A stretch of 64,000 bases of DNA from an uncultured Nitrospiraceae bacterium (GCA_963706325.1 CAVPLT010000007.1:320001-384000); one strand, 5' to 3'; counted from the first letter of the stretch, positions 1 to 11,188 are shown. Notes: generated by a model from the sequence alone, not told the origin. Numbers and translations are program-made.

Positions 1-334
1 GCTTCATCGATCCACTCCTTTCGTCGAGGACCGCCGCAGCCGCCATGTTACTCTCGTTTTGATCTGCCGTCGCTTTCCGGGGAGACGTCAGCCTTGTCAA
101 CAGCCCCTCAAGAGAGACATCACGCTGCAGCGGAACATCCAGGGCGACCGGATCACTAGGATGGGGATACAGCTCGCACAGGTATTGGGCTTCCTGACCA
201 TTCACTGCAGTGAGCACCTCATGGCCTGCTTGAATGAGTGTGAGAACGAAGTCCGCCGGAAAATCTCGGTAAGCATCGATATTGAGAATAACGGGCGGGG
301 TGGACGTGTGATTTCTTGGCGGGCGGAGTGTCAT
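1..334 (-). CDS. Partial ORF with a degenerate response-regulator receiver-like N-terminus, running off the window start
   Basis: My own translation from ATG 334 gives MTLRPP...PVILNIDAYRDF...LIQAGHEVLTAVNGQEAQYLCELYPHPSDPVALDV, which resembles receiver beta1-alpha2-beta3. The frame is open to position 1 and is not in the ORF track. Confidence 0.45.
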   Translation of the reverse strand, partial: MTLRPPRNHTSTPPVILNIDAYRDFPADFVLTLIQAGHEVLTAVNGQEAQYLCELYPHPSDPVALDVPLQRDVSLEGLLTRLTSPRKATADQNESNMAAAAVLDERSGSMK

Positions 335-672
335 ATGGTCATTACGGCCTGGGATCCTCCTTTATTGGCAGATCCGAATTGAAGCTGTACGCGCGTTTTT
401 ATTCTCCTAAAAATGCAGCTCAAACGTGCGGCGGCCCATGTATGGTGTGCACCAGCACGCGCAAGGCCCCCCGGGGCAGTGTTAGGACGGCGTCAGGAGT
501 CTACCGGTGCGCCCAAAGTGCGACCCCTACATGGGGAATCCGTAAACGCACAACGGAAGTTGTCGGCATCAATCGGGTCGTGGGGTTTTCGCTCGGAAAC
601 GCCCAGGGAGAGCGTAGAGAGCGGCTAGAATCACATCCTTCCGGACTAATGTAAGGATATAATCCTATCCCT

Positions 673-1179
673 TCATTTGGCCTGGGGATAGTCTTGGAAT
701 GCCTCGGCGGCTCCCTTGTTGATCATTTCAAAGTTCTTCTCCAAGTTGTCTCCCACCGTCTCGGTGATCACGGCCTGCCACACCCGCTTCTTTTCCGACG
801 ATTCAACAAGATTCACCACCAAGGTGGCTTCCTGATACTTATCGGCCTCATTCATGCCGAGTAACAAGTGTACCAGCAGGTCTGGGCGGTCTTCCAAGCC
901 GACTTGCCGAAGTTCCTTGGCGACGAGTTGCTTGTTGACGATTTCTTTGATCCTCAGCCTCAAGGGGGAATTGTTGTCAGTGGCCTCGATCTTTCGCCCT
1001 CTGTCCGTCATCCCCGAATGGGCAAATGTATGAAACGAAGAGAAGTCGGCGGACTGCTCGAAATTCGTGCGCACCTTGACCTCGTACCTCTTATCCTCGT
1101 ACATCTCCTTCAGCTTCGCGCAGCCTCCGGCAGCGAGCAGTCCTAGCGCCAGGCACAGGATCAGGAATCTGATGTTCAT
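673..1179 (-). CDS. DUF4136-like lipoprotein
   Basis: Lipobox (LAAGGC). Motifs ADFSSFHTFA, PDLLV and YQEATLVVNLVESSEKKRVWQA are typical of DUF4136. GGAGGAG RBS before ATG 1179. Confidence 0.75.
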   Translation of the reverse strand: MNIRFLILCLALGLLAAGGCAKLKEMYEDKRYEVKVRTNFEQSADFSSFHTFAHSGMTDRGRKIEATDNNSPLRLRIKEIVNKQLVAKELRQVGLEDRPDLLVHLLLGMNEADKYQEATLVVNLVESSEKKRVWQAVITETVGDNLEKNFEMINKGAAEAFQDYPQAK

Positions 1180-1762
1180 CGTAAGTCTCCTCCCCACTAT
1201 GAAGTCTTGTTCAGAAACCACCGGCCCTGAACATATATCAAGTCAGTTGTGGAAACCAATGATCGTGTGAGCTGAACATAGATGTGATCGCCTGAACATG
1301 TGCGTGTCCCAGCATCATCTTGCTGACAGAGGCGAGGTCACGCTGCCTTGCGACTGGTCAAGGAGAAAGGCGCTGTTATAGAGGTAGCTGCGGTCATCCG
1401 GCTGGGCAGGGGATCCGTACGGGTAGCGGCATCAAAAAGATAAGGCCTATGGGGTACTGTCTAGGGCCGTTGAACGAGAAACACGGCGGCGTTGTGTGTG
1501 TTGCCCTAGAAGGCGAGCCCCAGTGAGGCCGGACCGGCCTGACGCCAAAGCCGCCCGGGGGTCTCGCTATGGTGGGACTGCAGAATTTTATTCCGGTTCC
1601 TGTCACGGTTGCCCGCGTGTCCTGGTGTGTCGCCTTGTCCTCTGCCGATGCTGTAGCCCCTCGCTGCTCTTGTCTCGCGGTTGCTGCTGTGTCTCCCGAT
1701 AGGTTCTCCTTACGAGGTCGCACCGTTTTCCTAAACCGCAGTCATTCAGATTATGCCGAGGG

Positions 1763-2047
1763 ACGTGGCAAAGTGAGGGCAGCGAAAGATGGGCGTATGT
1801 TCGGGGATTTGAACCCTGGTGATTTCGTAGGATCTGCTCTCATCCTTAGTGGCATCCCGTCCAACGTAGCTGCGGTGATTGTTGAGCCCCTGCGCGCAAT
1901 GCGGTGGCAGATTGGGATTCTGGAGAAGTATCTCAGCGCCAATTCAGAAACTCTAAACCTGATGCAGCGCATCTCGCCCATAACCTCGCTGGAAAAATCG
2001 GACGTCTGGTTACGGAGTCATCCCAACTTTCTGACGAGAATCCATAA
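1763..2047 (+). pseudogene. Fragment of a cyclic-nucleotide-binding (Popeye-like) domain protein
   Basis: GKVRAAKDGRMFGDLNPGDFVGSALILSG...AAVIVEPLRAMRW resembles a cNMP beta-roll. No 5' part is present, and the C-terminal helix continues in another frame (HLAHNLAGKIGRL...TAA 2047). Confidence 0.55.
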
Positions 2048-2248
2048 AATTGCATCGCGAGCGTTGAGCCTAGATCAACATACTTATAGCGAATAGTGGC
2101 TTGAAACAGCTCTGGCTATTCGTTGTACTCATTGTGTCGGGTTATGCAAGCGCTGACTAGGACGTCCCATAAGCGACTCGATGTGACCTGGATTCAAACC
2201 GGGAAGACAACGCGTGCGGAGATCGTCCAGCGATGTAGATGCAGGTCT

Positions 2249-2686
2249 CTATTCAATCCTCATAAATTCGCCATGGTACCGATCTTGTGTTTGATTCTTG
2301 GTCCCGTCGACGACAAGGACAACCTTCCCTTTATGGTCATATAACGTAAAACTGACAGCGCGACGATCGGTATCCTCGATCAATCGACCATCGACCATTG
2401 CCACGATTCCCGTCCCAATTGCCATGTCGTCAGCAGTTTGAGCCGCGAACAGATAGGTGTGGTTGGCGCGGATCATGAGACGAGCCGGCCCCTCCGACAA
2501 TAGTGCGCCGTTTTTCTTCAGAGTTCCTTCCCAGTCCGCTACCACCATTCGGACATCGGTTATGGGCACCATTTTCCATGTCGCATCCAGGTGCGCCGGG
2601 CTTCCCGTACAGGCGGCCAATAGTCCAATTACTAAGGCGCCCGCGTACCCTCGAAACGAACTTGCTACTACACCATGCCAAGTCAT
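2249..2686 (-). CDS. Hypothetical lipoprotein
   Basis: Lipobox LLAAC after a hydrophobic stretch and a beta-rich body. Start at ATG 2686 is uncertain. Confidence 0.6.
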   Translation of the reverse strand: MTWHGVVASSFRGYAGALVIGLLAACTGSPAHLDATWKMVPITDVRMVVADWEGTLKKNGALLSEGPARLMIRANHTYLFAAQTADDMAIGTGIVAMVDGRLIEDTDRRAVSFTLYDHKGKVVLVVDGTKNQTQDRYHGEFMRIE

Positions 2687-3550
2687 ATACGTCTGTAGAG
2701 AAAACATATTTCGTCTTTCTGAGTTTCCAATCAAGATGTCTTCCTGGCGTCCAGGGGCAATGGAAGCTTGGACGTCGGTTGGCAGCTCAACTATGAGCAC
2801 GCGTGTCGCCGCCAAGATGCCGCGGATGCACGACCGTGGAAGTCCATTGGCGGTCGGGGCCCATAGGGGCAGTTTAGCCGGGCTAGGAACCTGTCGTGGA
2901 TATACGCCTCTCACAAAAGACATTGGTCATTCTCAGTTGCCAAAGACATGTCAGTAGACCAGCAGGATCTGCCTTGCGATTTCGGCGTTCAAGACGGCTC
3001 CGATCCTATATCCAATTGGATGAAACGAGAATTTGGCTCCTATAATAAATCTGCTCCCGATCGGCATCAACTCCGACAGGAGGCATTTTGAGCTTGCTTG
3101 TCAATTCCGGGTAGTGTCCGTACTATTCATCACCGCAAGACATTTGCCCATCACGCTAGTCTTGAGAAGAACCGCCAGATAAGGTACTTGGCCGTCACTG
3201 ATTCAGGCAGGCCCACGGATGCATTTGAGCTGCCCCAGGAGTTTGTCGCGCGTTCACTGTCGTTCAGTCATACTGGCACTATTAGGGGAAGCCTGACATT
3301 CACAGCCGTCCCATCCGACGCAGGCGTCTCTCCCTCCCCGCGACGTCGTAAAAAAAAGTGTCGCTGTAATAGAAACGGCCTGTCACATGTGCCAGTTGCG
3401 TGTTTCGCCGTCGTCCAGCATACTCTTAGCACATGGAGCATGTCTGGGCTGCTTGAAGTGCCGGAAGGTGGGCAATGACCAATTGACGTTGTACTCGAAG
3501 ACACCCATGCATTGCCGCACTGTTGCTCTCTTGGAAGAGGAGGCTTCACG

Positions 3551-4498
3551 ATGATCTACGGATTGGGAGCAGGAAAAATAGCTCTTCATGCAATTATGCT
3601 GATGTTGTCAGGGAGCCTGATGTCGATGGGATTGCTGGTCGCACATGGGCAACCGGTGCAGCCTCCGCCAGCCCCCATAGAGCCGGTCCCCGTACAGCCG
3701 GTGCCTCCCCAGTCAGTCCCTCTGCAGCCGTCGCCGGCCATGACGCCGACAGAAGCCGAACGGGCCAGGGAAGCCGAGCAGTTGAAACAGGCGGAAAGAG
3801 CGCGCGCGGCTGAACCGGAGGTGAAAACTGAACGGATACAGGTGCGTCCGAGCGAGACGTACGTAGCAGGGTTCGGTGGCTATACATTTGGCGGTAAGAT
3901 TAACAACATGGAAGGCACCGGGTTCCTGTCCGGACTCAATCGCAACGATCGTGATCTTGCGGATTCGGGAGTCTATGGCGGTAAGGTCGGCCATTTCTTT
4001 GGCAATCGAATGGATTGGCTGGGGGTGGAAATGGAAGCGTTCAATTCGACGCCCCATGTGGAGCAGCAAGGACTGGTGCCCGGCAGCCATTTTCGGGTCA
4101 CGACCTTGGCGTTCAATCTTATCGGTCGGCTGAAATTAGGTTGTGAGATGAAAACAGTGCGAACGGAACCACGATCGAGGCGAGAGGGGATACGCTATGA
4201 AACCCAATATGAGCGGGAGTTCTGCCGGCTGCAACCCTATGCTGGGGTTGGGCTTGGCGTCTTCTTTGCCAATCTCTCGACCAATGGCAACAGCGTAACT
4301 GACAATGCCGTGCCGGGCCTTAATGCCTTGGCTGGCCTACGTTTTTACTTCAACGAGCGTATCGCCCTGTTTGGTGAATACAAATATAACTACGCCGTGT
4401 TCGATGCCTCGACGAGTGGCCCCCTGGGAGGAGCAGTGGGATTCAAAGGCGATTATCAGGCTAATCATGTGGTTGGAGGACTTTCGTTCCACTTCTAG
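3551..4498 (+). CDS. Outer-membrane beta-barrel protein (OmpA-like transmembrane/OMP_b-brl) with a Pro/Gln-rich N-terminal linker
   Basis: Signal peptide, YVAGFGGYTF, QPYAGVGLG, LFGEYKYN and C-terminal LSFHF beta-signal. AGAGGAGG RBS before ATG 3551. Confidence 0.85.
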   Translation: MIYGLGAGKIALHAIMLMLSGSLMSMGLLVAHGQPVQPPPAPIEPVPVQPVPPQSVPLQPSPAMTPTEAERAREAEQLKQAERARAAEPEVKTERIQVRPSETYVAGFGGYTFGGKINNMEGTGFLSGLNRNDRDLADSGVYGGKVGHFFGNRMDWLGVEMEAFNSTPHVEQQGLVPGSHFRVTTLAFNLIGRLKLGCEMKTVRTEPRSRREGIRYETQYEREFCRLQPYAGVGLGVFFANLSTNGNSVTDNAVPGLNALAGLRFYFNERIALFGEYKYNYAVFDASTSGPLGGAVGFKGDYQANHVVGGLSFHF

Positions 4499-4844
4499 TT
4501 CATCATGCTCGCGCCGTCGCCGCCTCGGTTCCTTAATCAAGCGGGCCGAACGTTCGACCCTTTCGAACCAACGACTACTAAAGGCGTACCTGTCATCTCT
4601 TCCAAACTCCGCATTGCCTTTCTCACGTGCCAAGAAAGATGTCGGTAGGGCAGGGTCAATACGGATCCTTGTGTCTTAAGATTTCGATCACGGAATTTCA
4701 GGTTGGAAAGTCTCGTTGCCGTTCGTGTACCGTACAGATCGACTGATTTGAAGACCTTGCCCTCTTAACTCTTCCGTTCCCCATACCCTTGTCCGCTGCC
4801 TTCTGCCTTCAGCTGCATGGCGAGAGTCTAATTGCATCTGGTAT

Positions 4845-5429
4845 CTAAAACCCCGTTCCGATGCCGATTCCCCCGCGCGTGCCGCCTCCGCCTCCTCCGA
4901 TTCCGACGCCGATACCAACAGACGGCCGGCCGCTTCGCCTATAAGGATCGGGCGGCTCGTTCCACACGTGGAGGTGCTTGATTGCCATCGTGGGGAATCG
5001 ATATTCCGCTTCATCCACCCGGTCCGTGGTCGCGCCCGTGACTTCAGCGACCATCGTGACCGGTGTCCCGTCAGGCAGCGTGGCTGGGTCTATAGACTGC
5101 GGGTCTAGGGCCAGGAGGCGTCCTTGCGACTCTGAGCGTTGGCTCACGGGCCGTTGATCGCCGTCCAGCGGTAGCTGAAGGACCTCGATCTGCGTCCCTT
5201 CCTTCAGCCGTCTCGCCTTCAGCACTTCACCGCCCACGACGAACATGCGCCCGCGATAGGAATCCGGACTGGCGATGATCTGGTCGAACGTCAGACTTTT
5301 GTCGATCTGCGGCTCCAATGAGTCCGGTACGATGCCGGACGAGGCGCAGCCTAACCACAGAAGAATGTACATGGATAGGGAGCTCAGGAATGCAACGCGT
5401 CGCATAGAGATCTGCACTTGTGCCGTCAT
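4845..5429 (-). CDS. Slp family outer-membrane lipoprotein
   Basis: Lipobox LWLGC. Motifs GGEVLKA, TQIEVLQLPLD...P, SQGRLLA and IKHLHVW, plus a Gly-rich tail. Confidence 0.85.
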   Translation of the reverse strand: MTAQVQISMRRVAFLSSLSMYILLWLGCASSGIVPDSLEPQIDKSLTFDQIIASPDSYRGRMFVVGGEVLKARRLKEGTQIEVLQLPLDGDQRPVSQRSESQGRLLALDPQSIDPATLPDGTPVTMVAEVTGATTDRVDEAEYRFPTMAIKHLHVWNEPPDPYRRSGRPSVGIGVGIGGGGGGTRGGIGIGTGF

Positions 5430-5966
5430 TTCTTTTTCCCCCTGTCGCTTAAAATTATTCAAACGATACTTTCACTCCTGCGGCTTCGCGGCACTTCGGT
5501 GAATAGCGGCTCGAAGGCGACTTCTCAGTTCATTCTGAGACGGACCATGCCCTGTAGCACTCAACCCCAAAATTGCGTATTGTCATACGTGACAGTGGGA
5601 GTTGAGACAAAACTATGTCAAATGGTGCACCCAGGGGAACCGAACACAATGATCAGGACTGCGGCAACACGATACCAGGGAATGATAGCCCACGGATGGT
5701 GGTCTGAACGTAGGTGACAATCCAATGTCCGGCAAATACGATCCCAGTACGATCAAGGGCAACTATCAGGCTTCCTAGGCTGGGTGATTTCTCAGGGAGC
5801 CTATGTCAGTTTTTCCCCTGTGATCCTAAGGAAAGAGCATGGAATACGCAATCACTCACACGAATGTCTAGCAGGGGAAAGGGTGTCTGGAACCATTTAG
5901 CGGCGTGTGGGGACCTGGCTTGGGGCGGCGTGCTTCTCTTTTGCCAATCGCCTGAAAAAATGGGAT

Positions 5967-7721
5967 TCACGCATTTATTCGGGAATGGAACGCGTCGCTT
6001 GCGCTGTTGAGGGTTGCAAACATGAATTCTGGTCCGATGTGGCTGAGCGTGCCGGCACGCTCCAGTGTGGTGCGCACTTCACGGCGTGCGTTCGCCAGAC
6101 CGAAACGGATACTCCTTGCGGCTAACTCTTTCGTCAGTGATTCGAGCATTTCTGCACTAGTGACATCCACCAAATTGATCGTACTTCCATCCACAATGAG
6201 CCACCGGACGTCTGGACGAGCGCCGACAAGTTCCATGACACGGGTCTTGAAGTACCCGGCGTTGAAAAATACGATTGCCGCACCAAACCGATATACCAGC
6301 AGGCCTGGATGAGTAGCGGCGTCTTCGTGGTCTGCCTGAGCATGCCACCCTTTCATCCCAGGCACACGCCCTAGTATCGCATCTCGTGGTCGCGAGGCAC
6401 GCTTGATTAATAAGCTTAACGCCGCGACGACGGCCATGAGAATGCCCTGCAGAAGATCCAGCCAGATTACCCCGAAAGTCGTCACCACGGATAAGGCGCA
6501 TTCGGCCCGGTTGACCCGCCACATATTCTGCAGGGCGCCGACATCAAACAAACCGATCGCAGCCACAATCAATACGGCTCCTAAGGCCGCCACCGGTAGG
6601 TAGCGCAGCAGTTCCGTGAAAAAGAGCACGGCGACCATCGTCACAGCGGCGATGACGCCGGCCATCTGCGTCTTGCCTCCCATGGCATCGTTGACCGCCG
6701 TTCGCGAGTCAGCCCCGGCAACGGCGAAGCCCTGCGATAAACCAGAGGCGATGTGGCAGGCACCCAACGCAATGAACTCCTGATCCACGTCGACCTCGTA
6801 GTGATTCCGTGAGGCAAAACTCCTTGCCGTGACCATGCCACTGCTGAAGCTCACGAGCGCGACGCCCAAGGCGCCGCCAAGGAGTGGTTTGAGCAACTCG
6901 GGATCGAATTCGGGAAACGTCAGCCCCGGCAGTCCACTCGGCAAGAGGCCCACCACGCTCACTCCGTTGGCTTCCAGGTCAAGCCCGTAGACCAACGCCC
7001 CGGCCACCAGCATGGCCAGCAGCGCCGCCGGCGCACGCGGCCACCAGTGCTTGCCGACCAGAATCACCGCAAGAGTTGTCAGTCCGACGGTTAAGGTCGG
7101 CAGATGGGTGTGTGGTAACTTCCCGGCCAGCTCGACGAGCCGGAGGACCATGCCTCGCGAATGCATCGAGAAGCCGAACACTTTCCCCATCTGACCTAGA
7201 AAGATGCTGATAGCAACGCCGTTCAGATATCCAACCAGGATCGGTTTCCCAAGAAAGTCGGCCACGAAGCCGAGCTTAAAGAGACCCGCCGCGATACACA
7301 CGATGCCCGTCAACACCGCCAACGTAATGGACAGGGAACGCAACGCCTGGTGATCGCCAGCTGCAAGCGGCAAGACCGAGGCGGCAAAAACGGCACAGGT
7401 CGCCGCGTCCGGGTTGACGATCAGTTGACGCGAAGTCCCGAACATTGCATACGCCACTAAAGGAAGAATGGCCGCATAGAGGCCGACAATGGGGTCAAAC
7501 CCGATGAGTTGGGCGTAGGCAATCGCCGTCGGTACCGCCACTGCGGCCACTGAAATTCCGGCAACCAGATCGTCACGGAGCCATTCACGACGATAATGGA
7601 GGAGCTGCGAGAGGCCAGGAGCAAAGCGGCCGATCAGAGCCTTGCGGTCAGTCCAAGGAATTGTGGCAGTTTTAAGCATGTCTCCGTTCGACAGCGAGGA
7701 GGATACGCCAGCGGGCTTCAT
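5967..7721 (-). CDS. SulP/SLC26 family anion transporter with C-terminal STAS domain
   Basis: DLVAGISVAAVAVPTAIAYA, GLYAA, DQEFIALG, SRTAVN. STAS motifs FFNAGYFK and DVTSAEML. Confidence 0.93.
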   Translation of the reverse strand: MKPAGVSSSLSNGDMLKTATIPWTDRKALIGRFAPGLSQLLHYRREWLRDDLVAGISVAAVAVPTAIAYAQLIGFDPIVGLYAAILPLVAYAMFGTSRQLIVNPDAATCAVFAASVLPLAAGDHQALRSLSITLAVLTGIVCIAAGLFKLGFVADFLGKPILVGYLNGVAISIFLGQMGKVFGFSMHSRGMVLRLVELAGKLPHTHLPTLTVGLTTLAVILVGKHWWPRAPAALLAMLVAGALVYGLDLEANGVSVVGLLPSGLPGLTFPEFDPELLKPLLGGALGVALVSFSSGMVTARSFASRNHYEVDVDQEFIALGACHIASGLSQGFAVAGADSRTAVNDAMGGKTQMAGVIAAVTMVAVLFFTELLRYLPVAALGAVLIVAAIGLFDVGALQNMWRVNRAECALSVVTTFGVIWLDLLQGILMAVVAALSLLIKRASRPRDAILGRVPGMKGWHAQADHEDAATHPGLLVYRFGAAIVFFNAGYFKTRVMELVGARPDVRWLIVDGSTINLVDVTSAEMLESLTKELAARSIRFGLANARREVRTTLERAGTLSHIGPEFMFATLNSASDAFHSRINA

Positions 7722-8158
7722 AAAGCGAGGGTTGGGTCGGCTACTTGGGATGCCACTGGATGGTTGCCGAGGGCAACGTACGGGCCGACGATGATAGACG
7801 CATTCGGTCTAGTCCTGAGAGTTTAAGAAGAGGGCGAAATTAGAAATTCTTGCCATGGAATCCATATTTGTACTTTTAACTGAAGTGCGATGTCGGAATG
7901 GATAACATGTACCGCGGTCTTTATAGAACCAAGTCTCCAAATTGGTGCAGCAACGAACGTGCTACCTTCCACACGGGGCGGATCACTCGAAGAGCGCATT
8001 TGGAGTTGCCGGAGATGCGACCCCAAACCGTGGAACTGGTGAAGCAGGCAAGTAGTGCCAGTCGTGCCAAAGGCTTCATCACTTGCTTCTCGTACCACTT
8101 GGCATTGAATGTAACCAACTCTTAGGGCCGCCCGGTAAATACCTGTTGCCCTAGTCGC

Positions 8159-8455
8159 CTAACGGCGCGAGTACCGGGACGGACTGAGCACCTCTTGGCC
8201 GGTCTTCGTCACTTCTACGTAGGCGGCACCGTGCTCGCGCATCTTACGGCATGCTTGCAACCGATCAAGCCGTTCGTTGACTCGTGCGTGGGTGCTTGCC
8301 ACCAACCATGCCTCAGACATACGCAGCGAGTAGGTCCGACCGTCCGCTGTCACGGAAAAGACAATGCTGTTCTCCTCTTCCTCCTCGCTGTGTACGTCCG
8401 CGAAGTCATGGAGGCGCAGGTACGACTCAATGAAGTACCGTCTGGCACGGACCAA
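8159..8455 (-). CDS. Hypothetical protein
   Basis: 98-aa ORF with protein-like composition. No family recognised. Confidence 0.4.
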   Translation of the reverse strand: MVRARRYFIESYLRLHDFADVHSEEEEENSIVFSVTADGRTYSLRMSEAWLVASTHARVNERLDRLQACRKMREHGAAYVEVTKTGQEVLSPSRYSRR

Positions 8456-9246
8456 GCGGGAAGACTGCGCAGTCCACTGAGAATGTCTGAGCCGGCACGT
8501 TCTCAGTTATCGTCGCCGCACCGTCACGGAATAGTAGATTCTGAGAACCCATGTAATGAACAGCCGCATGGTGAGTCTCGCCTTTGGTCATGTGGCGTGC
8601 CACACAAGGTAGACTCCCAAGATTAATCTGCGGTTAGGTGGAGCTTAAAAGCTGCTCATTGGACGGGTGGCGGACGCCATCATGCTGCGCCACCGCCGTT
8701 CGTCGGCAGAAGACGCCGCTACCATGACTATGGCGCGCAGGACCGCCTGTTCCCCGCTGTCCGTCCCCTTGATCGCCTGGGTCTTGGTCGCTCGGAAACA
8801 TCCAAGCAGGCGGCGGTTGAACCGACCATCACGCAGCGCCAAAGCCAGATCCGGCGAGGCGGCGGTCCGTTTCCTCCCCGAGGTGAAAGGGTCGGCATGG
8901 CAGGTAGCAGCGTCTCGAGATGAGCGATCAACGGACGTAGCGAATCGCGATGTGGCGTTGAAATGCCAATCGCGTGATAGCATTCGCAGAGAACCAGCGT
9001 CTCATGAGACGAGGGCCCATCGCACTTGTTCAGAATCAGCCACGCGAGGAATCTTGCCCAATCCCGCTATCTGTATCGGCTGTCTCGGTCTCACTGCGGC
9101 TGATGCGTGGGCGATCCACCGCTTGGAACGCCTTACTAAGCAGGAAAGGAGCCGCCATTGTGGTACCTGTACCGATCAGGACAAGGATTGAGAAGAGCGT
9201 ATAGCTGATTCAAATCGCCGAGATGCTTGGCAACCCAGGAAGTGTG

Positions 9247-9643
9247 CTAAGAGGCACGATAGGCCGCGAGCAGATCACTAAGCGCCAGGGTCTTGTTCCG
9301 GAAAATGACCCGATGCGACCCCAACACGTCCAGCGCGGCTCCTTTATCCGTACCACCCATACGCGACTTCGCGCCTAGGGTAAACACCCGCTCGCACTCC
9401 TTGTCGACTTTGGCCAGGACGGCCGGAGTCACCTTGTGAAGGTCCAGGATTTTGGCTCGAGTAGACGCTAAAATTCGCATCGAGTTCCATCTGAGGATAG
9501 CCCATACGCGCGGTGTCGCCTTCGCAGCTATCGATGTATTGAGTCAGAAAGATATACAACCGCATCAAGGTTTCCGCGATCTCAATGTGTTGCGATGCCG
9601 ACTGTGTATCAACGCCAGCCCGCCGCCATTCCGTTGCCGTCAT
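9247..9643 (-). pseudogene. Frameshifted helical hypothetical protein
   Basis: Two overlapping minus-strand ORFs (9344..9643 and 9247..9480) read as one helical protein: ...HIEIAETLMRLYIFLTQYID...ELDA / STRAKILDLHKV...LSDLLAAYRAS. RBS AGAGGGAG upstream. Confidence 0.55.
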
Positions 9644-10143
9644 TTCTATGATCGCTCCCTCTCTGTAAATTCGAGTTGCGATTGCGGCAGTACTGCCACA
9701 ATTGCTGACCGGGTTTATCTGAAATCAACAGGAGGGCGGTACCCCGCGGAGTCTCCGCGCATCCGCGTCATATCTTCACACCCTAGGGAGAGCAAAATGC
9801 GCACCCGCGCCCAGCATGGTGTGCCCTTACATCGAGGCCCGCAGAAAAGGGCATTGTGGTAGGACGCCAGGGTAGTCGATAGTCTTTGCAACGGGTACGC
9901 AAAATTTCACCGAAGCAAGTCACATGGCCGCGGACGGGGCGTCTCACCAAGGACAAAATTTCCTGTCCCGCAGCGGTGGGTGGCTCTTGCAGAGCTGATC
10001 GGGGATGTCCCTCATGAGGACGAACCCCTACCGCGGCGAACAGAACGCGGACTAGGTGTTTACATAACACTCCGATCCACGATCCTTGCAAGAGAGAATG
10101 CACGGAATCTTGTTTGTGCCTGCCAGGTATCAAGGAGGACACA

Positions 10144-10545
10144 ATGAGGAAAATGATGCTGAGCGGCTCTGTTTGCGCCCTAGTCGCCGCCCTTCTGATA
10201 CCTCCATTTGCCTCAGACGCCTTTCCGTCTGTTCCGGACGAACCCGGCGAGGAGTGTCTCGTCGAGCAATCGTTTGATACCATGGTCGGGCTACTTTTCC
10301 GCAGTTACTCGCTGCGGGAGGACGGCTATGTGGATTACCGCACGGCCCGCCACATTTTGGGAATCTCCTATGACGATCCCGCGCATGAAGAGCTAGATGT
10401 TGCCGCTGATCCCATGTTCTATTGGTACGACGCTCACCGTGACGGACAGTGGGAATTGTGGGTCGACCGAGATGAAGAAGGAGCTTCACATGCGGTCAGG
10501 TATGACTGGAAACAAGGCGCCGATCTGATCGCGAATAGAATGTAG
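10144..10545 (+). CDS. Hypothetical secreted protein
   Basis: AAGGAGG RBS, signal peptide (MRKMMLSGSVCALVAALL...), acidic/aromatic body. Confidence 0.7.
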   Translation: MRKMMLSGSVCALVAALLIPPFASDAFPSVPDEPGEECLVEQSFDTMVGLLFRSYSLREDGYVDYRTARHILGISYDDPAHEELDVAADPMFYWYDAHRDGQWELWVDRDEEGASHAVRYDWKQGADLIANRM

Positions 10546-10649
10546 ACCCTGGTCCGCAAGGTTCCACTCACTTCAGAAGGCATGCCTGAGCCAGTGAGCT
10601 CACACCAAGTATCTTTCCATGTCTCTTGCCGTGGCTCAGTTCCTTAACA

Positions 10650-10886
10650 ATGACCGACGAACTGCACATCCGTCCTAAAACGTTCACTATCCAGTTGAGC
10701 TCCTATCGAAGCGATGGCCTGTGGGTGCCAACTGCCACCGTCTGCAGCGCTTCCAAGGACGAGAAGGGTAAGCGTGTAATACAAGATCTCGCGGATCCGT
10801 TACCCACTCGAGAAGGAGCCAATGCCACTGCTAAGAAGCTCGCTACGGAGTGGATTGAATCACAGTTTCCCTCGGCCTCCGATTGA
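10650..10886 (+). CDS. Small hypothetical protein
   Basis: 78 aa, with the pattern GLWVPTATV...TREGANATAKKLATEWIE (beta-beta-helix small domain). Confidence 0.5.
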   Translation: MTDELHIRPKTFTIQLSSYRSDGLWVPTATVCSASKDEKGKRVIQDLADPLPTREGANATAKKLATEWIESQFPSASD

Positions 10887-11029
10887 GTGTGATTATTAAT
10901 CGATCAGAAGGCGATGCGCCCTTGATGGGCAAGCAATCGTGGATCAGTTGAGTTCGACCCCATAACCCTCGGCCAGATTTTTGAGAAACACTGCCTGGCA
11001 CGACACCAGCCTTTATTTCCTCCAGAGTC

Positions 11030-11057
11030 TCCAGTCTTTCTCCTTAGGCACCGATAA
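11030..11057 (+). promoter_or_regulatory. Putative sigma28 (FliA) promoter of fliC
   Basis: TCCAG-N15-ACCGATAA versus consensus TAAA/TCAAG-N15-GCCGATAA, about 130 bp upstream of the flagellin start. Confidence 0.65.
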
Positions 11058-11130
11058 CAACCTAGCAATACGGTAAGAGGATGGGCGGGGATGTGCGCAC
11101 ATCTTCATCAGGCCTCGTTACCACCTCGTT

Positions 11131-11182
11131 GGCACGGATGCCGGCGAATGTTCGAGAGTAGTGCAGAGCCTTCAGGAGGAAG
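11131..11182 (+). promoter_or_regulatory. Two putative CsrA-binding hairpins in the fliC leader
   Basis: GGCA-CGGA-TGCC (11131-11142) and CTTC-AGGAG-GAAG (11170-11182, covering the Shine-Dalgarno) both present GGA in short loops. Confidence 0.6.
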
Positions 11183-11188
11183 TACGTC

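Noticed and set aside
2160..2240. KRLDVTWIQTGKTTRAEIVQR, reminiscent of a SmpA/BamE-like lipoprotein motif
   Set aside because: Only about 20 codons. A possible relic, but not supportable as a feature.
7823..8125. Overlapping short ORFs on both strands
   Set aside because: No recognisable family or convincing RBS, so I cannot choose a frame.
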